Assembly (NCBI GenBank): GCA_041752695.1
Contig: JBGSVZ010000043.1
Coordinates: 1 to 64,000, forward strand
Direction: 5' to 3'
DNA from: Terrimicrobiaceae bacterium
Lineage (GTDB): Bacteria > Verrucomicrobiota > Verrucomicrobiia > Chthoniobacterales > Terrimicrobiaceae
Length of the DNA: 64,000 nt
Shown: positions 38,001-46,850 of the stretch, piece after piece
How the letters are laid out: the number at the start of each line of letters is the position of its first letter
How positions within the stretch are numbered: the first letter of the stretch is position 1
Made by a program: the position numbers and the translations under genes
Notes under the pieces: generated by a model
Databases searched by the model: none
Told to the model about the DNA's origin: nothing
What the model saw: only the letters and a program-made list of their open reading frames with translations

Positions 38001-40356
38001 TGGTACCAGCGGCTACGTCAATCTCGCGAAAATCCACGAGGACTACAACGCGCCACTCACCCTGCATATCACCCCGACGCTCGCTTCCGCGCTCCAGTGG
38101 GCCAAAAATCCCACACCGGACGCGCTGAACGACGGTCCGTCCTTCAACGCGCGCATTGCCGCCCTGGCCTCCAGCGGACGGGCGCATATTCTCGGATCCA
38201 CTTTCTCCGATCACATTCCGAAATATTTTTCGACCGCGTTCAATCTCTCCAACCTCGCGCTCTCGAATAAGTTCCTCGACACCATCTACGGAAATGGTTC
38301 CGCCACGGCCTCCCGGGCGGTTTTTTGGGCCCCGGAACGGGTGCTCGACGACGAGACGCTGGGACTCATTGCCAGCTTGGGCTACAGCTACACCTTCGCG
38401 GACCAGAGCCGTCATTTCGTCAAATGGTTCGGCCGCTCTTCCGCCCTTGGCACCGACGGGTTCCGGATTAACGAGGTCAATTCGATGAAGGTCTTCCCGA
38501 TCCATGATGGTACGTCTGATTACCTCGACCAGACCAAGGATGAGGGTTCCTCGCAGGCCGTTCGGGAGCTGCTTTCCCGCCGTGCCCGCGGCAGCGTGCA
38601 GGACCAGGTGGTTGTGCTCTGGCGCGACCTGGCCGATTTTTCAAACAGCGGGAAGGTTTCTTCCTACGACACTAACGTCCGCTGGCTGGCGAGCCGGCCC
38701 TGGGTGCGGGTGGTGACCGCGGGAGACATTATCAATGGCCAGGTGGCCTATAAGGGCCTAGATGGCAACACCTCCACCACGTGGGGCACGGTGAGCCGGG
38801 GAACCGGACAGAATTTGGTCCAGACCGCGAAGGACTGGATCGATCACGCCACCCAGGAAAATTACGACAATTGGTATTTTGGTTCAGCCCTCGAAGAAGG
38901 CCTTTCCGATCGCACGTTTGGCGCGACGACGGCCTTCGGCCAAGTGGGGGTGGGCGGTCACGCCAACGACATCTGGCTGTCGCTAGCGGGCGTGCCCTTC
39001 GTCGCAGGTCTGGGTGACCTGGCCGGCACAGCCTTCCACGGGGCCATGTTCCAGACTGCGTTCCACAACACGACGAATAACGACCTCAGCAAATACAGCT
39101 CGGGAGATTACATCTGGCCCGATACGGGCAGTGGGCAGACTCTGGCGGGCTTCGCCAAAAACGCCCACTCCCAGGCTCGTTTTGCCAAGGTCTACGCCCG
39201 GGTCCAACAATGGGCCGGCGCGGCGACCTCTGCGACGCTGGGCGCGGAGGCGAGCGACGTCGATCTCGACGGCTCCCCCGAATACCTTCTCTTCAGCAGC
39301 CGGATCTTTGCCCTTTTTGAGGCGAAGGGCGGACGTTTGACCGCCGCCTGGATGCGCGATCCCCATACCGGAAAACTCTGGCAGGTTGCCGGGAACTTTG
39401 CCTCCTACAGCGGCAGTGACACCGAAGACGAAGGTGCCAGCAATTTTGTCGGTGCGACGACCGCGCTTTCCGCGTTCCGCACCAGTGGCTTCAAAGATTG
39501 GTGGACAGTGGACGGGGCCAGCGTCGGCAGCAATGCAGGGGTCAACGCGCTTTACACTGTCCAGGCAGCACCGGGTGGCACGGGGTGGACCTTCTCGAAT
39601 GGCGGTGTCACCAAAACAATCCGTATCCCCGGAGCGGCTTCGGAACGGCTGGAGGCGACCTATCAACTGACCGGCCTCAGCAAAGCCTACGTTCGATTCG
39701 GACTCTCCCCGAATCTTCTGGATCTGTTGCTTCGTGGGCAGGCGGGCCTCGCGGCGGAATCGGCTTCGGCCACGCGGGTCAATCTCGTTAATTCCAGCGG
39801 CAGCGACACGGTCCGCGCCTGGGTGGAAGGCCCGCAGGTGAACTCCGCGGCGACAGACGTTGCCGCCCTGGGCTTTACCACCGTCCTACGCCGTAATCTC
39901 GCCCAGACCCACCAGGTGGAACTCGAAATGACTGGAGCCGGCCCGCACACGGTCACCCTGGGCTTTGATCTCGGCACCGACCTGACGAATCCGGATACCG
40001 ACAACGACCTGATGCCCGACGCCTGGGAAACCACCCACTTTGGCAACCTCACGGCGACCGCCGCCGGGGATGCGGATTTGGACGGACTGAATAATTTGGG
40101 CGAATACCTCTTTGGGGCCGAACCAAAAAATCCGGCCAGCGGGCGGCCCGCCACCAGTATCGAAAGCTCGGAGTCCGGCTTTGTCTTCTCCTTCCCGACC
40201 CTCACCGGTCGAGTTTACCAACCGCAGGTCTCCACCGATCTCGTCGGTTGGTCGAACCTGGGTTCTCCGATTACCGGCGATGGCTCCACCAAATCCGCCA
40301 CCGATTCGACCGCCGGCAGCAAACGTTTCTACCGCATTTCCGTCTCTCTCCCATGA
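32044..40356 (+). CDS. Giant exported multidomain alpha-glucanase: GH13 + Ca-binding Asp-rich repeats + GH57-like domain + C-terminal RFYR domain
   Basis: GH13 motifs DNIMNH, DGLRLDAVKH, VFGEH, NSHD; DxDGDG repeats; GH57-like LAHGNQ, ILGSTFSDHI, FWAPERV, LWRD; ends KRFYRISV. Confidence 0.85.
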   Translation: MTARPATCLTGVLAALFALLGGCVQARAEAMLQYFNTSWAEITKKMPELAEAGYSSLWLPPPTKGSGGLSVGYDLWDPFDLGGKNQRNTVRTRYGTEAELLQLMETAHRFGIRVYFDNIMNHRAFDVPGYNENTGINIYPGMVPEDFHLRVTEDGFYRKWDNTRDWGSAWQVQNLGLADLIDIAHETPNANFGKTEGSTHPKYSFVRHPNNPEYYCYDSAGNYVGFGNVTLADLTSNPAAFKEDVGAYLIRAARWLMAYTRADGLRLDAVKHVPDYFFGQQSGAGKDNSDAGYLGGVQRQFNITRGFSDTNHRDSVFDTEKGRDDAMVFGEHLGSPPGYSGYWDSGMRLVDNDLRSKLNGVLGSPWGTLAGLDSPGSGGFSSTLGVMHANSHDSDYSAMRQLQHAIYYTREGLGLVYTDGYYQAETLGESGGAFPRHANTAFLGQFGDSRIPNLLKIHQDFARGFQVGLWGDSDFLAYERRDNRNPDGSTRVGTAADEVTMVVMMNDNNASGQARSFSSSFPAGAYLYQYATGPNGSNQVGFYKFGSELGSVVVPPGGYFVFGYRTPELSTLWPESAVSLYQNGEEVPRITVNRKDGPDGDEEFNPYGLANRGYPVGETPAPYTYQMSIPVVKSGSPLTIIARADGSAENILLKLDGGVDLNGTVPSGITDPTKRDNPPAVRSDTWVGYEQPIYADRQHPELFAAQVTGARDITGSVGAETFTSSGVLNQGAGPRTVGANTAAYIYHDPAASVDGFGFNQYDAATRKLWAKVNSVGAGYKMFVYYTTDASYFPEGAGGIGRGKTRAVEMNYQAAQSGGNVNWWASVTMPEDFLPGTSRYKIGVFKTGAASWWPGNQAAVDYKKQMLTTFKVENWNPATVAYHLHADYNSLTTGLREGFHVIRAKALLPKGAGGRSLGAADLYQTLTQTFYYDIETPQGEVAFPQNDGDTVGGSSYEMVIRTDPTVQEVWYNIADSEAGNNDSATLQLNGNGDGFEPFIDANQNGTRESGEDFTDLDGDGLYDAATAVAWASATEVTANPAVTSAYQKEWRIRYTNIPASGSAALTFRLLEASSSRNFSLSPAAGHYTEVVRTVQTAGPLERINVAWPQSDGDRVDDTYTMKVYFSKVLAAGLSEADLKNGFTVSANSVVQSRSGFSINYGSFGSGGAYHELSIPLPNLYNDIDDYLHELKVEYRFPEPDNRLLTALRTVKAAPSTKPFVTITQPAELGSDGKPVEIVIPDTPGPDSTIYTVRVNTSASVASLSLSGAPAIELLNEIYTDGNSNGKFDGEEAYTDTNANLQYDVGEPFTDGDSDNTWDANEQPSLVDANANRTWDGPTVTLTGNTKIWDFPWRITAPGSYLLTVTTGGAEPVVTTRSARVVLRETVITDTDEYNDDDDDGLVDINETNPQVLPTGNAETWTNGDVHVYNAFGRSLPNTPDADGDGLPDGLEVGWRTAVNPPTDPLADTNADGFKNFLGDLDPPLYAVLENHGYVPGVGSASQGDSRTRQAAGTVTDPTNPDTDGDGLLDGLEDGNRNGWTDGDGKTLPLTAARPAYATARPNAGDWPDNVIDSFETWTETSPTKADSDTDGLNDGYGEDQNFNGVIDGDADGDRVYDAGEAWTETNPLKADTDGDGLPDGWEVQYGLDPLDNGTDSFRTATAADGVVREGGDGDPDGDGFDNAEELFNGTNPTQTTVIGSGGGEGTINIGKFTDWKHTDLLVLDEYNEGGSQGADVYRTNSYDSSRDIVAFSFRDGGATEANGDGKVYFRIDFLDLVAYAEQGELDAYIVIDTGNPAVGERALPDSVDLATDMGWEVVVGAYSTNSGSVSVDLNRSNNTTTDVQDPYGYGVVRRGIAANGLNAIAWSSRYDAVEIAVERQALIDAGWLGDPASLNFQVFTTRDGTQNSPQGPGDLGGRNDIRDTIGDDWLASDYWKDQDRIRLTGQLTSYFGRSTDNDRGKSAKVMLLAHGNQAIQPASTIQSLVHNGTSGYVNLAKIHEDYNAPLTLHITPTLASALQWAKNPTPDALNDGPSFNARIAALASSGRAHILGSTFSDHIPKYFSTAFNLSNLALSNKFLDTIYGNGSATASRAVFWAPERVLDDETLGLIASLGYSYTFADQSRHFVKWFGRSSALGTDGFRINEVNSMKVFPIHDGTSDYLDQTKDEGSSQAVRELLSRRARGSVQDQVVVLWRDLADFSNSGKVSSYDTNVRWLASRPWVRVVTAGDIINGQVAYKGLDGNTSTTWGTVSRGTGQNLVQTAKDWIDHATQENYDNWYFGSALEEGLSDRTFGATTAFGQVGVGGHANDIWLSLAGVPFVAGLGDLAGTAFHGAMFQTAFHNTTNNDLSKYSSGDYIWPDTGSGQTLAGFAKNAHSQARFAKVYARVQQWAGAATSATLGAEASDVDLDGSPEYLLFSSRIFALFEAKGGRLTAAWMRDPHTGKLWQVAGNFASYSGSDTEDEGASNFVGATTALSAFRTSGFKDWWTVDGASVGSNAGVNALYTVQAAPGGTGWTFSNGGVTKTIRIPGAASERLEATYQLTGLSKAYVRFGLSPNLLDLLLRGQAGLAAESASATRVNLVNSSGSDTVRAWVEGPQVNSAATDVAALGFTTVLRRNLAQTHQVELEMTGAGPHTVTLGFDLGTDLTNPDTDNDLMPDAWETTHFGNLTATAAGDADLDGLNNLGEYLFGAEPKNPASGRPATSIESSESGFVFSFPTLTGRVYQPQVSTDLVGWSNLGSPITGDGSTKSATDSTAGSKRFYRISVSLP

Positions 40357-43300
40357 AACACCTCAAGTCTCTCACCCTTATCTTGGTGGCCGCGCTTTCC
40401 GTCGATGTCCTTAGTGCCGCGGGGTACCTAGAGGTGAGGGCCCCAGGCTATGGCTTTCAAAGCGCGGAGTATACCACCAGCCATGTCTTTGTTGACGAGG
40501 TGGCGGGAACGACTGCCGCCATCGAGGTTCTCTTCACCCTGACGGGTTACAACAACATCACCGACGTTGAGGTTTACACAAATCTGAACCGCCGGCACCT
40601 GGCTCGCATCGACAAAAATGGAGATGGTTATGCCGACGGGATTCAGTCGATTGCGGGATCGACCGTCACAGACTCGGGGGCGGACACCGATTCGACCACC
40701 GGGCATTATTATATTCCGGTCAATATGAGCGACGGGGACGCTAATAAAATTTACGAGCTGACCATTCCGGCCGCAAAAACCGGGGCTTACCGACTCACCG
40801 CGAGGTTCAAGACGTCGGACGCGATTGCGGAGAATGGTTTTAATCCTAACAACTGGATTTGGTATGGGTTGCGTGACCATGCGATCGTCGTTTCGCCAGT
40901 TGACGCCCGCGATGTGCGTCTTTACGAGATCAATGTCTTTAACATTGATGCCAGCGGGGACACCTTTGCGCAGAGATCGACGTTGGAAGATCTGCACGAT
41001 GCGCCCGGAGCCACCCATAATGCCGCCAATCGTTGGAACCTGGACTACCTGAAAAGCCTCGGCATGAACTGGCTCTGGTTCCAGCCGATTCACCCGAATG
41101 GCATCGACGGACGTGAGGTGTTCAATGGCTCGCCTTATGATCCAGGAAGCCCGTATGCCGTGAAAAACTTTTTTGCGGTCAATGAACTGATGACCGTGAA
41201 TTATAGCGGCGGCAACTCTCTCGATCAAAATCGGGCCGCGGCCATGACCGCCTGGCAGAACTTTGTCAGCGCGGCCGATGCCAAGGAGGTCGGGATCATG
41301 CTGGATGCCCCTTTCAACCACACCGCGTTCGATGTCGAATTGGCCCAGCAGGGCGTGAACCTTTTCCAGCGTGACGGCGAAACTTGGTCGCCGCTCGATC
41401 AAATCCGAAACCGGGATGCCCGGTTTTTTTCTCAGAATGGAAACTATGCTAATCGTGCCTCGTCCGCCGCTAATATTGCCGCGGGCCCCGATCGATTTGA
41501 TTTCGGAAAATGGAACGATGTGAAGGATGTCTTTTTTGGCCGTTACGATGCCCTGGTGGAAGTCGACTCCGAGCCGGAACGTTCGAGCTATAAGAGCGAG
41601 GGCGACTGGCTCGACACCAGTGATTCCGATTGGACCGCGGCGGATTTCACCCAGGGTGGCCAGTCGTGGAATCTGACCCGCCGGGTTTGGGACTATTTCG
41701 CAGAGTATGCCGTCCATTGGCTGGAGAAAACCCGCCCGGCCGGGCAAAACCGCAACAGCGCTACCGAAGCGGGACTCTCGCTTTCCCAGCGCTACGATTG
41801 GGACGCCCGTGGGATCGACGGCCTGCGATGCGACTTTGGCCAGGGACTGCCCCCCCAAGCCTGGGAATACATGATCAACGTGGCGCGGAGTTACAAATGG
41901 AACTTTGTCATGATGAGCGAATCGCTGGACGGCGGCGAGGTCACCTATCGCTCCAATCGGCACTTTGATATCCTTAACGAGAACATCGTGTTTCCCCTCA
42001 AAAGTGCGACAAGCAAGACCGATTATCGGAATATCTTCGAGGGGCGCCGCACCGCCTACGGCCAGGGACTGGTTCTTCTCAATAACACCTCGCACGACGA
42101 GGCTTCGTTCACTGATCCATGGGAGGCCGTGGTCCGCTCCGCCGCCACCGGGATGATCGATGGTTCCACCATGATATTTCCCGGACAGGAACTCGGCATC
42201 GCGGAAACGTTTGGCTACAGCCATTACGAATTGAATTTCGGAAAAAATGTTCCGCATTTCAAACGGTGGAATTCGATGAAGCCGATCTGGGACGATACGA
42301 ATTTTGGAAACGACCAACTCTTTCCGGTCTATGCGGGAATCCAAAGTGCCCGTGCTTCCAGCCCGGCGCTGAGATCCTCCAATCGCTGGTTTCTTGATGG
42401 GGATGGCAACAACTCGAAGATCTTTTCCGTCGCGAAATATGAACGGGTGGGCGTATCCCCGGCCGTGCAGGATGTGGTCCTCGCCTTCGCCAATATCGAC
42501 CGCAATAACAGTCAGGCGGACAATTTTAAAATCCCCGCGGGTCTCGCCACGAACCTGGGACTTAAGGACGGCCGCACTTACAATGTCAAGAATATTGCCG
42601 CCTACGAGAACGCCGTCAATGGGATGACGGGGCGTCGGAACGTCTGGTTATGGGGCTCCGGCTACACCGGCGCGCAGCTGAAATCGGCGGGATTTTTCCT
42701 CTCGATGAACAAAGTGCCCACAATGAACTCAAGCGCGGTGGGAACAGACCCCGCCTGGAATCAACGCCCCTATGAGGCTCAGTACCTTAGGGTTTATGAT
42801 GTCAGTTTGCTGCCTGCGCCTGCTTCCTCACCGACCGTGGCGGCGTATGCGCTTGACGGGTCAGTCACCTTCACCTGGCCGCCCGTAGCCGATCCCGAGG
42901 GTCTGCTCCCCATCTACCGTCTCACGGTAACCCGAAGCGACAGTGTGGTGCAAAGTTTCGAAACGACTTTGACCAGTTACACCGTGACGGGTCTTCCCTC
43001 CGGTGTCACCGCCACGGGTTCGGTCGTGACCCTCAATCCCAACAATGTCGGCGTGGCTTCCAGCGCGACATCCTCCAGCAGCCCCACGCTCTCCCTCACG
43101 TCGGCTGGGGATAACGACGGCGACGGGATGAATAACGCCTCCGAAATCACCGCCGGCACCAGCCCGGTGGACCCAGCTTCGCTTCTCCGCATCATTTCCG
43201 TGGGCTCGGAAGTCGGCGGCGGCACCACCATTACTTGGGAGGCAATCCCTGGAAAAATTTATCGCGTCGAGGCGACCGGGAACCTCGTGACCGGTCCTTG

Positions 43301-43394
43301 GACGTCGATCGCGACCAATTTGACGACAGGAACCTACACGGATTCGAACCCCGGTCCGGGTAACAAATTCTACCGCGTCAAAACGGGTCCTTGA
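40353..43394 (+). CDS. Exported GH13-family protein with FN3-like and C-terminal FYR domain
   Basis: Signal peptide MKHLKS; GSPYAVKNF, DAPFNH, DGLRCDFG, MSESL and TSHDE motifs; ends KFYRVK; ATGA overlap with the upstream gene. Confidence 0.88.
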   Translation: MKHLKSLTLILVAALSVDVLSAAGYLEVRAPGYGFQSAEYTTSHVFVDEVAGTTAAIEVLFTLTGYNNITDVEVYTNLNRRHLARIDKNGDGYADGIQSIAGSTVTDSGADTDSTTGHYYIPVNMSDGDANKIYELTIPAAKTGAYRLTARFKTSDAIAENGFNPNNWIWYGLRDHAIVVSPVDARDVRLYEINVFNIDASGDTFAQRSTLEDLHDAPGATHNAANRWNLDYLKSLGMNWLWFQPIHPNGIDGREVFNGSPYDPGSPYAVKNFFAVNELMTVNYSGGNSLDQNRAAAMTAWQNFVSAADAKEVGIMLDAPFNHTAFDVELAQQGVNLFQRDGETWSPLDQIRNRDARFFSQNGNYANRASSAANIAAGPDRFDFGKWNDVKDVFFGRYDALVEVDSEPERSSYKSEGDWLDTSDSDWTAADFTQGGQSWNLTRRVWDYFAEYAVHWLEKTRPAGQNRNSATEAGLSLSQRYDWDARGIDGLRCDFGQGLPPQAWEYMINVARSYKWNFVMMSESLDGGEVTYRSNRHFDILNENIVFPLKSATSKTDYRNIFEGRRTAYGQGLVLLNNTSHDEASFTDPWEAVVRSAATGMIDGSTMIFPGQELGIAETFGYSHYELNFGKNVPHFKRWNSMKPIWDDTNFGNDQLFPVYAGIQSARASSPALRSSNRWFLDGDGNNSKIFSVAKYERVGVSPAVQDVVLAFANIDRNNSQADNFKIPAGLATNLGLKDGRTYNVKNIAAYENAVNGMTGRRNVWLWGSGYTGAQLKSAGFFLSMNKVPTMNSSAVGTDPAWNQRPYEAQYLRVYDVSLLPAPASSPTVAAYALDGSVTFTWPPVADPEGLLPIYRLTVTRSDSVVQSFETTLTSYTVTGLPSGVTATGSVVTLNPNNVGVASSATSSSSPTLSLTSAGDNDGDGMNNASEITAGTSPVDPASLLRIISVGSEVGGGTTITWEAIPGKIYRVEATGNLVTGPWTSIATNLTTGTYTDSNPGPGNKFYRVKTGP

Positions 43395-43461
43395 TCGGTT
43401 CAATAAAAAGGATTTCGACAGGAGCTTTCGGACTCCTAGGCTGATGGCGGTTCTTCCCAGT

Positions 43462-44259
43462 ATGAAAAAATTGTCCTCCTCTGTTTTTTTGGTGTTCGTC
43501 GGAGTTTGCAGCGCGATGAGTTCAGATCGCGTGAATCTGGCGGAAGATGACGCTGCTCACAGCGCGTATAACGGGGGATGGGAGTCGGGAAAAAACGCGG
43601 GTTCCGGTTTTGGGGCCTGGCAGTTTCAATCGCAGGGTGGGGGAGTCAACGACAGTCATGTCGGGTATTTCCTCGCCTCTGCTGGAAGCCAGGGCGACAT
43701 CGAGGGGGTTGCCCCGGCGGGCAAGGCTTTTGGGATGTATGCCAACGGGGTTACTTTTGAAGTTGCCTGTGCGTTCCGGACACTGGCTGCGCCCCTGGCC
43801 GTCGGGGATGCGTTCTCGCTGATGATGGAGAGCAGCGATTTCATTAAGAAATTTGAATCGGACGACCCCCGTCCTGGAGTGGTCGGATTTTCGCTTCGCA
43901 ACGGAACGTCCGCCGAGACCCCGGATGATTTTCAGATCAACGCGCGGATGCAGTTCGGGTATTACGAGGGAGAGCCCAACTACCAAGTCTATGATGGCGA
44001 GGAGGATCACGACACCGGCGTTCCGGTCAACGACAAGGGCGTGGCCGTAACGGTGACCTTGGTTTCGCCAGACACCTACGATCTGGAGATCACGCAACTG
44101 GAGACCAAGGAAACCAAAAAGCTCCCCGGAAGGAAGTTGGCTGGTGACGCCGGATCCCTGATCGAAAGTTTCGCCATTTTTAATCAGGACGCCGAAACGG
44201 GCGACGCCTATTTTAATGGGTTTCAGGTGTCCCGTTCGGCAGATTCGATCCCGCGTTAA
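43462..44259 (+). CDS. Exported hypothetical protein, apparent paralog of the PEP-CTERM protein at 25653-26447
   Basis: Signal peptide; LAEDDAA..YNGGWESGKNAGSGFGAW..AFGMYAN..AFRTL..PLAVGDAFS matches LASDNAANYGGSWSNGDDPGTGFLPW..LGLYAN..ASRAF..SLSSGSTFT. Confidence 0.75.
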   Translation: MKKLSSSVFLVFVGVCSAMSSDRVNLAEDDAAHSAYNGGWESGKNAGSGFGAWQFQSQGGGVNDSHVGYFLASAGSQGDIEGVAPAGKAFGMYANGVTFEVACAFRTLAAPLAVGDAFSLMMESSDFIKKFESDDPRPGVVGFSLRNGTSAETPDDFQINARMQFGYYEGEPNYQVYDGEEDHDTGVPVNDKGVAVTVTLVSPDTYDLEITQLETKETKKLPGRKLAGDAGSLIESFAIFNQDAETGDAYFNGFQVSRSADSIPR

Positions 44260-44276
44260 TTGTTTTCATCCATCCG

Positions 44277-46850
44277 ATGAACCCATTTTCCCGGCGTCAT
44301 TTGAACTGTCCAAATTTCCGGGTGGCCTGCGATGCTCGAAGCGGGGAAGCTCCGCTACTGATCGGATTTCGCGCTCTGACACTCTCCGTGGGGCTCTCCG
44401 TTTTTTTTCTCCCGGTCGCCGTGTGTGCAACGGCCCTGGACGCCTACCGGGGTGCGGGACAGGATGGGGTCACCTATCAGGTTCGTCTTGGCGAGGCCGC
44501 CACGGAAGTCGTCGTGACGGGCACCAGCCTGGCAGACGATTCATTCTTCGTGGCGCTGGCCTCTCCGGATCACACGGGGTCACTGATTGTTCCGTTTGAA
44601 AAAGGGCGGGAAGGTTCAACGGTTTTTTTGCCCTTCAAGGCCGGGACAATTCTTTTGACCGGTCCGAGCGGAAATTTTCTCCGTCGCTGGGAGGGCACGC
44701 AGTGGGGTGACCTCCGGCCTGCGGGTCGGGATTTCACCGTCACGCGCTCGCCAGGTCAACTTGCGCTGACGATTCCGGCCGTGCTCGCCGGGCCGGCCAA
44801 AACTTTTAAAATGGCAGCGTACTTCAAGGATCTGTCGGACAGCGGGGGCTGGGGCTGGCTTTACGGGGCGGTCGATCCAGCCGACGCGAGCGGACCCGGC
44901 GACATCGTGCTGCGCGGTTATGTCGGGGCGCAAACCTCCGGGGGCGGACTGACGCTGCAGAACCGGGGAAATGCCGCAAAGGTTCGCATTTACCAACTCT
45001 TGCCCCGGATCTTTGGCAATACGAACGAGACGCGGAAACCTAATGGAACGCTGGAGGAAAATGGTTCGGGGAGATTCAGCGATCTGAATGAAACTTCGCT
45101 GGTAGCGATCAAGGGCCTCGGTTTCACCCACGTCTGGCCAACGGGAGTTTTGCAGCAGGCGACGGCCACCGACTACTCGGGGATTGGCGAGCCAGCGGAC
45201 GATCCGGATCTTTTGAAAGGCCTGGCCGGCAGCCCCTATGCGATCAAGGACTATTTCGACGTCAGTCCCGATTACGCGGACGATCCCGCGCGTCGGCTGG
45301 AGGAGTTTCAAGCCATGGTCGGCCGGGTCCATCAGGCGGGGCTTAAGGTCATCATGGACTTCGTGCCGAATCATGTCGCCCGCAGTCATCAATCCTCCAT
45401 CCGGCCGGGACTGAGTTTTGGGGCCGAGGACGACAGGACAAAATTTTTTCGGGCGGATAATAATTTTTTCTGGCTAACCCCGGAGGCAAAGCCATTTGGT
45501 AAAGGTCCGCCATTGAGGCTTCCGACGGTGGATGCGCAGGGCAACCCGACCAGTCCCACCTGCAAAGTGGCCAAGGCCCCGAGCGACGGACTTTTCGCCC
45601 CGGAGGCCGAGCACGGCCGTGTGACGGGGAGCAACCTCGCAAGTTGGGAACCGGACGCCGGCAGTTGGTATGAAACGGTGAAACTTAACTACGGGTTTGA
45701 TTTTTCCGATCCCACCAAGCAAACCCGCGCCTATCCCCATGGCGCAAAAAGCGACGTGCCGAACCCCGACACCTGGCGGAAGATGGATGAGATCATTGCC
45801 TACTGGCAGGATTTCGGGGTGGATGGGTTTCGGGTGGACATGGCCCATATGGTTCCGCCGGAGTTCTGGCATTGGATGATTGCCCGGGCGCGGACGCGCA
45901 ATCCCGCGGTGTTTTTTGCCGCTGAGGCTTATGATACGGACCCGGCCAAAGTTCCCGCCGGGGACCCGCTGGTGGCGCAGGTCGGAGGTGGCAACGTCAT
46001 GTTCGATCTGCTGAACGCCGGATTCGACGCGGTCTATGATGACGCGACCTATGACAAGGTGAAGGAAATCTATGAAGGTAAAGCCTGGGCGAACGACCTC
46101 GACGCGATCACGGCGAGGCAGGTTGTTTTCGATAATTCCTTGCGCTATGCGGAAAACCACGACGAGGTTCGCTTGGCGGCGAAAGATCAGTGGGACGGCA
46201 TCGGCATGGAAGTAGGCCGCCCCGTCACGGCGCTCCTCTTCGGCCTTTCGAGGGGTCCGGCCATGCTCTACAGCGGACAAGAGGTCGGTGAACCGGCCGA
46301 CGGGGCGGAGGGTTTCGGCGAGGATGACGCCCGGACTTCGATCTTCGACTATTGGGCGATGCCGGAGTTTGCCAAATGGGTAAATGGGAAAAAATTCGAC
46401 GGAGGACGCCTGTCGTCGGCACAGGGTGATCTGCGCAGTTTCTATGGACAGCTCCTAACCGTGATCGGTGAGCCGGCCTTTCATCAGGGTGGTTTCTTCC
46501 CCCTTAATCCTGCCAATGCCGAAAATCCCTCCTTCGGTCGTGTTCCGGGCGAAAATGCGAGTGGTCACTGGCTCTATAGTTTTCTGCGTCGTGACCCGGC
46601 CTCCGGTCAGAAGTTTCTTGTTGTGATCAATCTGCATCGGAGCCTGCCTTTCGATAATGTGCGGATCACCCTCCCTCCAGCCGCCCTTGATTTTCTGGGC
46701 CTTCAGGAAACCTCGAAAATCAAACTGACCGAAAAGCTTGGCACCGCGGCGACGATCGAAACGACGGCGGCATCGGGTCGGGGCGAAGGGGTTCCGGTGG
46801 GCAAAATTTCACCCCTGACTCCGCTGTTTTTTGAAGTTACCAACTTATGA
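44277..46850 (+). CDS. GH13 alpha-amylase-family protein with extra N-terminal domain
   Basis: IYQLLPRIFGN, GSPYAIKDY, DFVPNH, DGFRVDMAH, AEAY and ENHDE motifs; exact start uncertain. Confidence 0.9.
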   Translation: MNPFSRRHLNCPNFRVACDARSGEAPLLIGFRALTLSVGLSVFFLPVAVCATALDAYRGAGQDGVTYQVRLGEAATEVVVTGTSLADDSFFVALASPDHTGSLIVPFEKGREGSTVFLPFKAGTILLTGPSGNFLRRWEGTQWGDLRPAGRDFTVTRSPGQLALTIPAVLAGPAKTFKMAAYFKDLSDSGGWGWLYGAVDPADASGPGDIVLRGYVGAQTSGGGLTLQNRGNAAKVRIYQLLPRIFGNTNETRKPNGTLEENGSGRFSDLNETSLVAIKGLGFTHVWPTGVLQQATATDYSGIGEPADDPDLLKGLAGSPYAIKDYFDVSPDYADDPARRLEEFQAMVGRVHQAGLKVIMDFVPNHVARSHQSSIRPGLSFGAEDDRTKFFRADNNFFWLTPEAKPFGKGPPLRLPTVDAQGNPTSPTCKVAKAPSDGLFAPEAEHGRVTGSNLASWEPDAGSWYETVKLNYGFDFSDPTKQTRAYPHGAKSDVPNPDTWRKMDEIIAYWQDFGVDGFRVDMAHMVPPEFWHWMIARARTRNPAVFFAAEAYDTDPAKVPAGDPLVAQVGGGNVMFDLLNAGFDAVYDDATYDKVKEIYEGKAWANDLDAITARQVVFDNSLRYAENHDEVRLAAKDQWDGIGMEVGRPVTALLFGLSRGPAMLYSGQEVGEPADGAEGFGEDDARTSIFDYWAMPEFAKWVNGKKFDGGRLSSAQGDLRSFYGQLLTVIGEPAFHQGGFFPLNPANAENPSFGRVPGENASGHWLYSFLRRDPASGQKFLVVINLHRSLPFDNVRITLPPAALDFLGLQETSKIKLTEKLGTAATIETTAASGRGEGVPVGKISPLTPLFFEVTNL

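Noticed and set aside
43391..43403. TTGATCGGTTCAA as a third LacI operator
   Set aside because: It is only a loose match to the 12-mer and overlaps a stop codon, so it cannot be distinguished from chance.
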